Assembly: GCA_965202805.1 (NCBI GenBank) | Contig: OZ241869.1 | Location: forward strand, 1,792,001-1,856,000 | From: Longimicrobiales bacterium | Lineage (GTDB): Bacteria > Gemmatimonadota > Gemmatimonadetes > Longimicrobiales > Gaopeijiaceae | Length of the DNA: 64,000 nucleotides | Direction: 5' to 3' | In this document: piece by piece, positions 1-10,460 of the stretch | Layout: every line of letters starts with the position of its first letter | How positions within the stretch are numbered: the stretch's first letter is position 1 | The notes under the pieces: generated by a model | Databases searched by the model: none | What the model saw: only the letters and a program-made list of their open reading frames with translations | Told to the model about the DNA's origin: nothing | Program-made: the position numbers and the translations under genes

Positions 1-273
1 AGTGAAGAAGCCGGTGTGCTCGGCGGCGAAATCCGGATCCAGCCCGGACAGGAAGACGTTGGAGCACAGGATCTTCGCGAAGCCTGCGGTCGAATGCACC
101 ACCGGGTCCCCCGGCGGCAGCTGGTACTCGCCGGGCAGCTCGAATTCGGCGGCGCGGGCGAGGAGTTGCGACTGTGGATCTTCGCCCGCGGGCTCGGACG
201 CGTCGTCCGCGGGGGCGCAGGCGCTGGCAAGAATCGTGAGGACGGCGAGGGACGGGATCAGGCGGTGCAGCAT
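1..273 (-). CDS. N-terminal part of a lipoprotein, probably serine hydrolase/beta-lactamase family (runs off window edge)
   Basis: Manual translation from ATG 273: MLHRLIPSLAVLTILASAC (lipobox)...HSTAGFAKILCSNVFLSGLDP; open to position 1; not in ORF track. Confidence 0.6.
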   Translation of the reverse strand, partial: MLHRLIPSLAVLTILASACAPADDASEPAGEDPQSQLLARAAEFELPGEYQLPPGDPVVHSTAGFAKILCSNVFLSGLDPDFAAEHTGFFT

Positions 274-460
274 CTTCGTGACTCCACTTGCGGGGATGAG
301 GCGGCCGGGGAACTCACCATAAGGAGGGACAGCCGGGGCAACAAGGAGATGCAGAACGCAGACCGGGCACCCTTTCGGTGCAGGTCACGCAATCCTAGTC
401 TGAGCCGTGCCGCCCGAGCTACCCGGCCGCAGGACACTCCAGCCAGCGGAGGCACGCGCG

Positions 461-1171
461 TTGGACCTCTTCTTTTCCTCCGGCGACCCCGTCAACCCGT
501 TCGTGATCTTTGACGGCGCCCATCTGCTCTCGCTGGGAGTGCTTGCCGTTCTGGGCCATGTGACCATCCGCCTGGGGCGTGCGGGAACCGCGGAAACCCG
601 GCGCCGGATCAAGCGGGGCATGTGCGCCGTGCTCCTGATCACCTTCGTGGAAGGACATTTCTGGTACGCGTTCCACGGGGAGTGGGTCTTGGCGGAGCGC
701 CTCCCCCTGCACATGTGCGGAGCCATGGTGTGGGTGAGCATCTACGGGCTGTGGACAGACCGGCCGTGGACCCGCCCGCTCATGTACTATCTGGGGATTG
801 CGGGAGCGATTCAGGGGGTCCTGCAGCCGGACAGTCCCCATGGACCGCCCCACGTGCGCTTCGTGGCAACGATGTTGTCCCATACCACGCTGGTGGTCGC
901 GGGGCTGTGGGTGATCCTGGTGGAGAAGTACACACCGAGTCTGCGCTCGACCTGGCGGACCTTCGCGCTCGTCCACGTCTACGCGGCGGTCATCTTCGCC
1001 TTCAACCTGCTCGTGGGCTCCAACTACCTGTATATCGTGGAAAAACCCGAGTCCGCGTCGCTCATGGACGTCTTCCCGGAATGGCCCTGGTACCTGCTTG
1101 TGCTCGAGGGACTCCTCCTGGCCATCGTTGCCGGCATGTACCTGCCCTTCGCGCGTCCGCGCCGGGCCTGA
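461..1171 (+). CDS. YwaF/TIGR02206-family integral membrane protein
   Basis: LPLHMC, GIAGAIQGVLQPD, NLLVGSNYLYIVEKP, SLMDVFPEWPWY motifs; several TM helices; GGAGG upstream of TTG 461 (ORF track starts at 407). Confidence 0.85.
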   Translation: MDLFFSSGDPVNPFVIFDGAHLLSLGVLAVLGHVTIRLGRAGTAETRRRIKRGMCAVLLITFVEGHFWYAFHGEWVLAERLPLHMCGAMVWVSIYGLWTDRPWTRPLMYYLGIAGAIQGVLQPDSPHGPPHVRFVATMLSHTTLVVAGLWVILVEKYTPSLRSTWRTFALVHVYAAVIFAFNLLVGSNYLYIVEKPESASLMDVFPEWPWYLLVLEGLLLAIVAGMYLPFARPRRA

Positions 1172-1277
1172 GGTCTACTCCGGGTGCAGTGGTCGGCCCC
1201 CTCCAGGCCGATGATGCAGCCGACTCGGCCCCGCGTGCCACGCGCTCGAGCCGCGTCCGCTCTTTCGCCGCCCGACC

Positions 1278-1617
1278 CGCAACGCTAATCTGACCTGTGC
1301 CGCCCGGGCTTCCTTCCTCCCTCGGGAAGCCCGCGCTCTAGGAGGCACATGTTGGATGTTCTTTCCCCTCCGGCACCCCCGCAGTCCCGTTTGTGCTGCT
1401 CGGCAGCGCCGACCCCCCAGCCATGGCCAGCCTCGCGGCTCGCCCTTCTTCAACTTCCCGGCAGGCACCCCTCCACTCCAGGTGGTCGCCACGCCGCATC
1501 GGCGTCGCTGTGGACGCCTCGCCGGGCTGGCCCCGGTACCTGCCGGTCCTCGAAGGACTCGTGATTCCGATCGTTCTCGGCATGTTCCCGCCGTTCGTCC
1601 GCCTGCGCAGGGTGTGA
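1278..1617 (+). pseudogene. Degenerate, internally deleted tandem copy of the YwaF-family gene with its upstream region
   Basis: 1278-1310 resembles 388-420; 1341-1400 resembles the gene start; 3' part encodes VDASPGWPRYLPVLEGLVIPIVLGMFPPFVRLRRV vs MDVFPEWPWYLLVLEGLLLAIVAGMYLPFARPRRA. Confidence 0.8.
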
Positions 1618-1636
1618 CCGCGGTACACCAGTTTCC

Positions 1637-2689
1637 ATGCAAAACCTGGAGATCCGGATGCGCGCAGACGTGAGAAAGGGCTTCGCCGTCGCTGTCTTCC
1701 TCTTCCACGCGCTGGTCCCGTCCTGGGCGTCGCCGGTGATGGCGGCGCAAGACGATGATCCCGACTACCTGGCCACCTATTCCATCATCGCTCGCGACCC
1801 GGGAACCGGTGAGCTCGGGATGGGCGTCCAGTCCAAGGCCTTCGCGGCCGGCAATCGGGCCATGCACGCGAAGGGCGGCGTGGCGGTCATCGCGCACCAG
1901 GCGTCCGCCAATCCCATGTACGGCGCGATCGGCGTCGACCTGATCGAGCGCGGCTACAGCCCGCAGGAGGCGCTCGACATGATGGTGGCGAGCGACGAGG
2001 GGCGCGACCGGCGGCAGGTGGCGATTCTGGACATGGAGGGCCGTACGGCCGCGTGGACGGGCACCGGCGCGAGCGACTGGAAGGGCCATCGGTGTGGGCG
2101 GGACTATTGCGCCCAGGGCAACATCCTGGTTGGTCCAGAAGTGGTCGACGCCATGGCGGCTTCCTTCGAGGCGTCCAGCGGACCGCTGGCGGAGCGGCTC
2201 ATGGACGCGCTCGACGCCGCTGAGGCCGCGGGCGGGGACGCGCGCGGCAAGCAGTCGGGCGCCATCCTGGTGGTGGCTCCAAGGGCGGGGAGCGGAGGCT
2301 TCAGCGACCGGGTGGTTGACATCAGGGTGGACGACCATGCCACGCCGCTGCACGAGCTCCGGCGCGTGCTCAACCTCCTCCGATCGGGTCAGATGGTGCG
2401 GAACGCCAATGCCAGCATGGCGCAAGGGAACCTGGAAGAGGCCCTGGCCGCCGCCACCGCCGCGCGCGACATGTCGCCGGAGAACGACAACGCGTGGGTG
2501 GCACTGGCGGCGGTGCAAGCGCGTATGGGGCGGGACGCGGATGCGCTGGAGTCGCTCCAAAGGGCCGTCGAGCTGAACCCCGGTCGCATGCGCACCCTGC
2601 CCCGTGACCGAAACTTCGAGACTCTCCACGAGCACCCGGGTTTCCGACGCCTGATCGGGGCCGATGATCCCGGTGCAAGTGCTCGTTGA
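1637..2689 (+). CDS. DUF1028 (Ntn-hydrolase-like) secreted protein with C-terminal TPR
   Basis: Signal peptide, TYSIIARDP..GELGMGVQS, QGNILVG, GGDARGKQS, DIRVDDH; TPR-like tail. Confidence 0.9.
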   Translation: MQNLEIRMRADVRKGFAVAVFLFHALVPSWASPVMAAQDDDPDYLATYSIIARDPGTGELGMGVQSKAFAAGNRAMHAKGGVAVIAHQASANPMYGAIGVDLIERGYSPQEALDMMVASDEGRDRRQVAILDMEGRTAAWTGTGASDWKGHRCGRDYCAQGNILVGPEVVDAMAASFEASSGPLAERLMDALDAAEAAGGDARGKQSGAILVVAPRAGSGGFSDRVVDIRVDDHATPLHELRRVLNLLRSGQMVRNANASMAQGNLEEALAAATAARDMSPENDNAWVALAAVQARMGRDADALESLQRAVELNPGRMRTLPRDRNFETLHEHPGFRRLIGADDPGASAR

Positions 2690-2752
2690 TGGATAGATGG
2701 CACAACGTCGCCGCGGGCGATCTGCCCGCTTGAAGTCTCCTTCAGGACCGCC

Positions 2753-5700
2753 ATGTGCGAGGAGGTCATGATGCTCGAATCCTGTCTGCAAAGCGTAGGC
2801 GCCAACTGGACGTCCCTGCGGAGATCCGCGCGATGTATGTCGACACTGGTGGCGTGTCTGCCCCTGCTGGTGCCCGGCATCGCGGCGGCGCAGAACACCG
2901 CAACGGTAACCGGCCTGGTCTCGGACGCGAACACCCTGGTCCCCCTGAGCGGCGTCGAGATCCAGGTACAAGGCACAGACATCAATGGGGCCACAAACAA
3001 CGACGGCAGGTTCATTCTCCTGAACGTCCCGGTTGGGGACGTCGTCCTGACGGCGGCGCTGATCGGACGCCGCACCGTGGAACAGGCGGTCACGGTCACG
3101 GCCGACACCCCGACGGAGGTGAACTTCCTTCTGGTCGAAACGGCCATCAACCTCGATGAGATCGTGGTTACCGGCACGGCAGGGGAGCAGCAGGCCCGTT
3201 CCCTCGGGACCACGGTCGGATCCCTCCCGGTGGCCGAAACGCAGGCAATCGCTCCCCGAGACAACTTCGAGACCATGCTGGGGGGCGCCGTGCCGGGCGT
3301 GAACGTAGCCTACGGCGGCGGCCACGTCGGAGGCGGCAACAACATCCGCATCCGGGGAGCCGGATCCATGGTCCTATCCGGGCAACCGCTCATCTATATA
3401 GATGGTGTCCGTGTGAACAGCGGCGGTCCGGGGGCCGAAGGGTCCCTTGGCGTGGGCACGCAGAGTCCGTCCACGCGGCTGAACGATATCAGCCCGGAAC
3501 TCATCGAGTCCCTGGAGATCATCAAGGGTCCGGCGGCCGCTACGCTCTACGGGACGGAGGCGTCGAACGGGGTCATCAACATCATCACCAAGCGAGGTGC
3601 TCGCGGAGCCCCCGTATTCACCCTGACGTCGAAGGTCGGGCAGAACTGGTATCGGGATCCCAAGGAGCACTGGCCGGGGAGCTTCTACACCTGCACCGGC
3701 CGCGGGACGGACCCGTGCACTCCCGGTGAGATCGTGGAAGTGAACGTCTTCAAGCGCGACTACGAGGTCCACGGCATGGAGCACTTCCAGGTCGGCATGC
3801 CTCTTGGAAGCGTCGGTACCGTCTCGGGAGGCACCGACGCGGTCCGGTATCATTTCACGCTGGGCTGGGATTTTGATGAAGGACCGGTCCCGAACAATAC
3901 CAACGACAGGCTGGACGCACGTGCAAACCTCAACTGGCTGCCCCGCGAGGACCTGACGGTGGATTTCGGCTTCGGGGGGATTCGCTCCGAACTGCACACC
4001 ACGACGGGGCGTCAGCCTGCGCGTGTCACGGGGTTCCACTGGTCCTGCCCCGGCGGTGGATGCGAGATCGGCACCGGGACGCCCAACGCGCTTGATGGCG
4101 CGTTCCGTGGCTATATCGCTTACCTGCCAGACCTTTACGACGAGTTGCTCGATTCGGGGCAGAAGGTCTACCGCACCATCTATTCGATGACGGCGACCCA
4201 TCGCCCGTTCGATTGGCTCACCCACCGGCTGGTCGTGGGCCTGGACCAGGTGGAGACCAACGGTTTCCGGCTCAACCGCCACTCGTCGGGGCGGGTTGGC
4301 ATCAGCGGCCGTCAGGGCGACAAGAGGCTCGAATTTCGCAACACCGACAATTTCAGCTTCGACTACTCCGGTACGTTGACCTACGAGCCTGTAGCCGGGT
4401 TCTCGCTGGCGACATCGTCCGGTGCCCAGTACTACGAGCGGTCCTCGGAGTGGCTCGCGGGACGTGGCTCACGCTTCGCGGTGCCCAGTCTCGAGACGAT
4501 CTCCGCGGGAGAAACCCGAGAGACATCCGATGGCTTTTCCAGCAACAAGACCGTCGGGGTGTATGTACAGGAGCAAGCTTCCTGGCAGAACCGAATCTTC
4601 CTGACGGGTGCTCTCCGAGGGGACGACAACTCCGCCTTCGGGGCGGACTACGACTTCGTCGTCTATCCGAAGCTGAGCGCGAGTTGGGTTGTCTCGGAGG
4701 AGTCCGCGCTGGAGGGTTTGGACTGGATCAACTCGCTGCGGCTCCGGACAGCCTGGGGGAAAGCCGGACAGCAGCCCGATCAGTTCGCAGCGGTGAGGCT
4801 CTACAACCCGGAGCCGGGATACCAGGGCGCGGGCGGCGTGACTCCCTTGACGATCGGAAACTCCGACGTGCAGCCCGAGGTTGGCGTGGAGACCGAGATC
4901 GGCTTCGACGCCGGGCTCTTCAACGACCGGGTCGGTCTCGAGTTTACCTACTACGACCAAAGGCGGACGAATGCCCTGATCAGCGTTCCGGTTAAGCCCT
5001 CGACCGGCTTTCCCGGCTCCCAGCTCAGGAATATCGGAGAGATTCAGAACACGGGAATCGAACTCGGGCTCAACGTGGATGCATACCAGGGTTCGACCTT
5101 GGGGGTCGAGTTCGGCCTCGCGCTCCACATGAACAGGAATGAGGTGCTCGATCTGGGGGGACTGGACCCGATTCCGGTGTTCGGGCGGAACTTTACAACC
5201 GGGTGGACGGGCCAGCGCCACGCAGTGGGCTTCCCGCTTGGGTCCATTTTCCTGCCTGTGGTGGTGTCGTCCGACATCGTGGGCACAGGCTTGCAAGCGC
5301 GCGCGACGAACGTGATGTGCGAAAGCGGTCCGATCGCAGCGCCGGGCACCCGAATCACCCGGGGAGGAGGTCCTCCTGTGCCGTGCACCAGCGGAGAGAC
5401 CGCACCCGAGGTCTACAGGGGCTCGACTGTTCCAACACGCGAAATGGCTTTCAACGCGACCGTGTCGTTCCTGGACAACACACGCTTTTACGTCGACCTG
5501 CAATACGTGGGCGGGCACACCATGGTGGACGGGATCACGGCGGGCTCCCACCTTTTCTTCCGGAACACAAGGGCGATCAACGAGAAGACCGACCCGATCT
5601 TCCTCGGCTACGACGAAATCGGGGAAGTCAACCCTTCGGGCATCTTCGACGCGTCTCAGCTCACCATGCGCAGCGTGTCGCTGAGTCACAATTTTTCAGG

Positions 5701-5929
5701 TGAAATGGCCGCGAGACTCGGTGCCTCCCGGCTCAATCTGACGCTCTCCGGTCAGAACCTCTGGAGGATATGGAGAGCGCAGAGCGAAGCCTTTGGGCAC
5801 CCCATCGTCGATTCGGAGATTCGGGACACCGGCGCAAGGAATACCGACCCCGGAGGGATCTCAGCCTATACGCAGGACGGTTTCCCGATGTTCAAACGTT
5901 TCTTGGCGACCGTGCGGGTGACCTGGTGA
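2753..5929 (+). CDS. SusC/RagA-family TonB-dependent receptor
   Basis: Carboxypeptidase-regulatory-like N-domain, LDEIVVTG, plug IIKGPAAATLYGTEASNGVINIITKRG, C-terminal W; exact start uncertain. Confidence 0.92.
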   Translation: MCEEVMMLESCLQSVGANWTSLRRSARCMSTLVACLPLLVPGIAAAQNTATVTGLVSDANTLVPLSGVEIQVQGTDINGATNNDGRFILLNVPVGDVVLTAALIGRRTVEQAVTVTADTPTEVNFLLVETAINLDEIVVTGTAGEQQARSLGTTVGSLPVAETQAIAPRDNFETMLGGAVPGVNVAYGGGHVGGGNNIRIRGAGSMVLSGQPLIYIDGVRVNSGGPGAEGSLGVGTQSPSTRLNDISPELIESLEIIKGPAAATLYGTEASNGVINIITKRGARGAPVFTLTSKVGQNWYRDPKEHWPGSFYTCTGRGTDPCTPGEIVEVNVFKRDYEVHGMEHFQVGMPLGSVGTVSGGTDAVRYHFTLGWDFDEGPVPNNTNDRLDARANLNWLPREDLTVDFGFGGIRSELHTTTGRQPARVTGFHWSCPGGGCEIGTGTPNALDGAFRGYIAYLPDLYDELLDSGQKVYRTIYSMTATHRPFDWLTHRLVVGLDQVETNGFRLNRHSSGRVGISGRQGDKRLEFRNTDNFSFDYSGTLTYEPVAGFSLATSSGAQYYERSSEWLAGRGSRFAVPSLETISAGETRETSDGFSSNKTVGVYVQEQASWQNRIFLTGALRGDDNSAFGADYDFVVYPKLSASWVVSEESALEGLDWINSLRLRTAWGKAGQQPDQFAAVRLYNPEPGYQGAGGVTPLTIGNSDVQPEVGVETEIGFDAGLFNDRVGLEFTYYDQRRTNALISVPVKPSTGFPGSQLRNIGEIQNTGIELGLNVDAYQGSTLGVEFGLALHMNRNEVLDLGGLDPIPVFGRNFTTGWTGQRHAVGFPLGSIFLPVVVSSDIVGTGLQARATNVMCESGPIAAPGTRITRGGGPPVPCTSGETAPEVYRGSTVPTREMAFNATVSFLDNTRFYVDLQYVGGHTMVDGITAGSHLFFRNTRAINEKTDPIFLGYDEIGEVNPSGIFDASQLTMRSVSLSHNFSGEMAARLGASRLNLTLSGQNLWRIWRAQSEAFGHPIVDSEIRDTGARNTDPGGISAYTQDGFPMFKRFLATVRVTW

Positions 5930-5997
5930 TGCGCGCGAAGGTGGAGGGACCCAGAAACGAATTGTTGATTTCAGACGAAACCACAGAGGGACGTGTC

Positions 5998-7329
5998 ATG
6001 AATAGATTGATTGAGATGGTGCCGTGGTCGCGGAGGCTGTGCGGCATTGTGGCGCTTTCGGTGGCCCTTGGGGTGGCGGGGTGCGACACTGCCGAGCTCC
6101 TCGAGGTGGATCTTCCGGGTAACGTCACGGCCGATGACATCGAGAATCCCAGTTTGGCCGGTACCATGCGGGTATCCGCCATCGGTGACTTCGAGTGGGC
6201 GTGGGATGAGTACGTAGACTTCGCGGCCAAACATTCGGACGAGTACATCCAGTCTTCCGGAAACTTCACCGGACGGCGACTGCAGATCCGGGATATCCCG
6301 GCTAATGAGCCACGGTATCAGGACAACATCTTTGGCCGGCTCCATCGGGCGAGGGTCATGCTCGAGAGCCATTTTGACCGGCTTCAGACCTTTGCCGACG
6401 GTGACGTCCTGAACCGGACCCAGTACCTGGCCGAGATGCGGACGTATGGGGCCTTTATCTACGTGGTCTTCGGCGAGGGCTTCTGCGGAACGCCGCTCAA
6501 CGGAGACGGCGTGGTCCGGACCCCGGAACAGCTCCTGGAGATCGCCGTGGAGCAGTTTACGGAGGCCCTGAGCATCGCCGGGCAGTTGGGGACGAGGCGG
6601 GGTCAGGAACTCGTGCAGGCGGCGCGGATTGGACGCGCCAGGGCGTACCTCAACCTGGATCAGTATTCCAACGCCATCGCCGACGCGCAGTCGATCGTGA
6701 ACGATCCCGACCTCGATTTCTACGCAACTCGGGAGTATGGAGAGAATCGGCGCGAGAACTCGATGGCGAACACGAACGAACTCGATACCAACCAGCAGTC
6801 GACCGTCGCCCCGAGCTACCGTGACGTGCGGTGGAAGGGCGTGCCCGACCCCCGGGTGACGGTCATGGAAACCGGGCTCATCGGCCACGACAACGCCACC
6901 ATCGTCTGGCGCCACAACAAGACGCCCGAGAGTTTCCCCGCGGGCGCGGCCCAGGACGTCATCATCGCTTCGTCGCGTGAGGCCCGCATGATCATTGCCG
7001 AGGCCTCGGCAATGACCGGGGATCTGGCCACGGCGATCAGCATCATGGATGATTTCCACACCGCTGCCGGGATTCCTCCGATCACCGCGGAAGACGTGCC
7101 TACCCAGGACGACGTCATCCGGCAAGTCATCGAGGAGCGCCGTCGGGAGTTCTTCGTCGAAGGCGGTCATCGCCAGAGGGACCATCTGCGGTGGCGGGGT
7201 ACCCAGTTCAACATCCCGTATCTCGGTGAACCCGGCTCCGATCATCCGAACGGGGTCGACCAGTACGGTCAGGTCTACGGCACCACAACTTGCTTCCCAA
7301 TCGCTCAGAACGAGCAGGTGGGAAGCTGA
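5998..7329 (+). CDS. SusD/RagB-family lipoprotein
   Basis: Lipobox VAGC, EERRREFFVEGGHRQRD motif, directly downstream of SusC. Confidence 0.9.
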   Translation: MNRLIEMVPWSRRLCGIVALSVALGVAGCDTAELLEVDLPGNVTADDIENPSLAGTMRVSAIGDFEWAWDEYVDFAAKHSDEYIQSSGNFTGRRLQIRDIPANEPRYQDNIFGRLHRARVMLESHFDRLQTFADGDVLNRTQYLAEMRTYGAFIYVVFGEGFCGTPLNGDGVVRTPEQLLEIAVEQFTEALSIAGQLGTRRGQELVQAARIGRARAYLNLDQYSNAIADAQSIVNDPDLDFYATREYGENRRENSMANTNELDTNQQSTVAPSYRDVRWKGVPDPRVTVMETGLIGHDNATIVWRHNKTPESFPAGAAQDVIIASSREARMIIAEASAMTGDLATAISIMDDFHTAAGIPPITAEDVPTQDDVIRQVIEERRREFFVEGGHRQRDHLRWRGTQFNIPYLGEPGSDHPNGVDQYGQVYGTTTCFPIAQNEQVGS

Positions 7330-7351
7330 TCTCACACCCCGTGGAAGCTGA

Positions 7352-7400
7352 CTCCGGCCTCCCGCTGCGGGAGGTCGGAGGCTTCCGGGGATTTCTTTTT
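7352..7400 (+). terminator. Probable intrinsic terminator between convergent genes
   Basis: Stem ctccggcctccc...gggaggtcggag, then T-rich tract at 7392-7400. Confidence 0.55.
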
Positions 7401-7401
7401 C

Positions 7402-8163
7402 CTAACCGCCCCGGCTCATCGTCTCAACCAGGATGACGCCCGCCGCGGCACCCGGATACCGCGATGTCGATGCGGGCCCGCGCAGTACTCGGATCCGCGT
7501 CACGGACGTGGCTGGTATCTGCTCGAGAGTCAACATCGCCCGATCCTGTCCACCGGCGTCGATCCTGACGCCGTCCAGGTAGATTTGTGGTTCCTCGCTC
7601 AGCAGGAACGAGTTGACGCCTCTGAGTCGAACCCTCACTCCGGTCCCGACTCCCCCCTGGGGTTGCTGGGCCGCGACGCCGGGAACGCCCGTCAGCAGGA
7701 GGTCAGCAGCAGTTCGTGAACTCGCACCGGTTCCGCTGACCTGCGCTTCCGAGTGCCCGCGTCCAAGATCGTCGCGTCGCGGGACCTCCACCAGGAGCTG
7801 ATCGAGCACGACCGAGACGCGGTGGACATGGAAGTGGATCAGCGATTCCTCCAACGGAGTGATCTCCACTGTTTCGACGAGGGTGATGAACCCGTCTCCC
7901 TCGACGCGCACCACCACTTCCCCGGCGGGAACGTTGAGGAGCCGAAACCACCCGTCAGCGTCCGTACGGGTGCGGTAGTGCGTGAATTCCGGGAGCGCCA
8001 CCAAGGCACCGGACACAGGCTCGCGACCCTCCTGATCCAACACCAGACCCATGACCGAGCCGGTGTCCTGCATCGCGGCAGCGGCGTGGGCAAGGGTAAA
8101 GGAGGCCACCAGCGCACACACACCGGAGAGGAGTCTTCGCGCTTGGAGCGCACGCGTTACCAT
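7402..8163 (-). CDS. Carboxypeptidase-regulatory-like plus TonB plug domain protein, no beta-barrel
   Basis: Signal peptide, RLRGVNS, PQIYLDGVRI, IRVLRGPASTSRYPGAAAGVILVET then stop. Confidence 0.8.
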   Translation of the reverse strand: MVTRALQARRLLSGVCALVASFTLAHAAAAMQDTGSVMGLVLDQEGREPVSGALVALPEFTHYRTRTDADGWFRLLNVPAGEVVVRVEGDGFITLVETVEITPLEESLIHFHVHRVSVVLDQLLVEVPRRDDLGRGHSEAQVSGTGASSRTAADLLLTGVPGVAAQQPQGGVGTGVRVRLRGVNSFLLSEEPQIYLDGVRIDAGGQDRAMLTLEQIPATSVTRIRVLRGPASTSRYPGAAAGVILVETMSRGG

Positions 8164-8251
8164 TGGCACTATTCGAAACACTGTTCTACCTCCCGGGACC
8201 TTTCCCGTATCGGTACCCACGCAGACCGAGAAAGCTTCCACCTCCCGACCC

Positions 8252-8938
8252 TCAGTACCCCACCCCGATCGCCTTGCACAGCCACCGCTGGAATGGTGCG
8301 GCGGCGCGGCACAGTCGGGTGAATTCGTCGAGGAATCCCTCGGACGCGACGTCCTCCTCGCTGAGATGCGCGACTCCGATGAAGTCCTTGCGCCGAAGAT
8401 CGACGATGAGAGGATGGTCGATGCTGAAGCCCCGGGGCGCCCGGATCAGGGAATCGCCCGACAGCTCGAACGACGCCCGAAAGCCTTCGTCCCGAGAGGC
8501 CTTCAGCCACGCATCCGGGTCTTCGTCGATGGCTTCGCGGATCTTCCGCAGCGCGGGGCCGCCGGGGCGCCAGCTGCCGCAGCCGACGAAGGCGCTGCCC
8601 GGCTCCAGGTGCAGATAGAAGCCGGGCGCGTGCGCGTCCCTTCCGGCCTCGTGGCGGAACTGGATGCCCGCGTAGGTCTTGTAGGGCCTCTTGTCCCTGG
8701 AGAAGCGCGTGTCCCGGTAGATGCGGAACAGAGAGCCGCCGTTGGCCCTGGGATCCGCGCGAAAGCGGGCGCTGATGCGCGCGAGGCGCGGGGCGAAATC
8801 CGAGATGAACCGGATCGCCGGCGCCTTCACATCTCCCTCGTAGCGAGGCTTGTTCAGCGCGAACCACTCGCGGTTGTTGTTTGCGGCGAGCTCGGTGAGG
8901 AATTCGAAGGTGGCCGGGGTGAAACGGGCGCGGTTCAT
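8252..8938 (-). CDS. DUF2461 / TIGR02453 family protein
   Basis: LAANNNREWF, FRIYRDTRFSRDKRPYKT, PGFYLHL, PRGF..DHP motifs. Confidence 0.92.
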   Translation of the reverse strand: MNRARFTPATFEFLTELAANNNREWFALNKPRYEGDVKAPAIRFISDFAPRLARISARFRADPRANGGSLFRIYRDTRFSRDKRPYKTYAGIQFRHEAGRDAHAPGFYLHLEPGSAFVGCGSWRPGGPALRKIREAIDEDPDAWLKASRDEGFRASFELSGDSLIRAPRGFSIDHPLIVDLRRKDFIGVAHLSEEDVASEGFLDEFTRLCRAAAPFQRWLCKAIGVGY

Positions 8939-9017
8939 GGGCGTGAAGGCGTTGGAGGGTGATCGATGCGGGCACCCAAGCTAACACCGCGGACCGGCGT
9001 GGCGGATCAGCGCACCG

Positions 9018-9902
9018 TCAGGCCCGTCCACCGGAGTGCGTGTCCCAGTAGGCGGCCATCCGTGCGATGAAGCGGCCGGGCTCCTCCGCGTAGACCAGCC
9101 CGCCGACCTCAAGGGCGCGCGCCTCCAGCTCGCGCGACCGGCCTTCCGCCGACGCCAGCACCGATTCACGTGCGCGGCCGCCTCCGGCGAGTCCGGGCGA
9201 TCTCGAAAGCAGGGCGCGCAGCTCGTGAAGATCATGATGATCCCCGAGCAGATCCCCGAGCCGCCGGGCCGTCGCGGCCGCCCCCGCCATGACATCGGGC
9301 CACAGGCGGACCAGCAGCTCCAGATGGTGACGGTGGTACTTGACGTCCTTTCGCCACTCATGCAGTTCGGTTGCGGACGTGCCCCGGAGCGCGCGCCGGA
9401 AGCGCCGTCGCCCCCTTCGGTAGGTCGCGCGCAGGCCGGACTCGACGACCTCGAACCCCTCGCCCGTCAACGGCCATTCCGAGACCCGCTCCCCGGCCTC
9501 CGCCAGATCCGCCACCAGCACCGCCAGCGCATCGGCGTCCCCGGACCGGAGCCCGCGTCGAGCTTCGTAGCGGGCCTCCAGTTCCCGGCGCAGGATGGCG
9601 TCCCGGGCGTCCGCCAGCCGGTCCAGCGTCTCCAGACTCGCCTGGGCCTCGCGCACCCGCGCGAGCTTGCGAGCGGCGTCCCGATACCAGCGGTTCTCCC
9701 GGCGGAAAGCCGACCTCGGTCGGAGCGCCGCGAGCCGAAGCAGCGCGCGAATGGCCTTGAAGCGCTTGCGCGCGTCGTGAACCCCCTTGAACCGCCCGTT
9801 GCGGGCTCCGTCGAGCGCCCTGACGGCCCGGTCGATCTCTTCCCGCGCGACGCGGCGGATTTCCCCGGAAACGTCGCGGTCCAGTCTGATCTCGAAGGCC
9901 AT
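9018..9902 (-). CDS. CHAD-domain protein (polyphosphate binding)
   Basis: VHDARKRFKAIRALLRL, LHEWRKDVK, LGDHHDL motifs. Confidence 0.88.
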   Translation of the reverse strand: MAFEIRLDRDVSGEIRRVAREEIDRAVRALDGARNGRFKGVHDARKRFKAIRALLRLAALRPRSAFRRENRWYRDAARKLARVREAQASLETLDRLADARDAILRRELEARYEARRGLRSGDADALAVLVADLAEAGERVSEWPLTGEGFEVVESGLRATYRRGRRRFRRALRGTSATELHEWRKDVKYHRHHLELLVRLWPDVMAGAAATARRLGDLLGDHHDLHELRALLSRSPGLAGGGRARESVLASAEGRSRELEARALEVGGLVYAEEPGRFIARMAAYWDTHSGGRA

Positions 9903-10184
9903 GCGGATCCCGCCGTTCGTGCGCACTCCCCACGGAGGTGGAGAATGCGGACAGGAGCCCGGATCGGACAACCGGACCCGGCTCGAGAGGGCTCCGGTGA
10001 CACGCTTCCGGAACCCTGGCGCCAAATGCGGGAGGATGCCCGCTGGAACAGGCTCATGAGTCCGTCACAGGAGGGCTTCCCCGTCGTTGACACGCCATCC
10101 GGGGGTCGGCAGATTCGACATCAAGAACCCCGTCCGGCGCGTCTGGACGGCCCTGCCCGCGCATCCCTGCCGAGAGATCAGTCG

Positions 10185-10355
10185 ATGGCCGCTGCTCGTC
10201 ACAATCCCCTCGTTTTCTATGTCCTGCTGATCGCCACCTTCGTGATGTCCGCCGGGGTGATCTGGTTCGTCGTCAGTTCCAGCGCGGCATCCGTCGGCCT
10301 CGCTCTCGTGGGCGGGGCGATCGTATTCCTCACCGGCCGGAAGGTCTGCCAGTGA
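10185..10355 (+). CDS. Small two-helix membrane protein (56 aa)
   Basis: MAAARHNPLVFYVLLIATFVMSAGVIWFVV...LALVGGAIVFLTGRKVCQ; two hydrophobic segments. Confidence 0.5.
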   Translation: MAAARHNPLVFYVLLIATFVMSAGVIWFVVSSSAASVGLALVGGAIVFLTGRKVCQ

Positions 10356-10460
10356 GGCTCGGCGTGCGCAGCTGAGCCAAACCCTCACGTTACGTCAGGC
10401 CGGGGCCGGCACTTCACGTGACCCGCTTCGGCTGCGTGCCGAATCCATCGCCGGAGGAAG

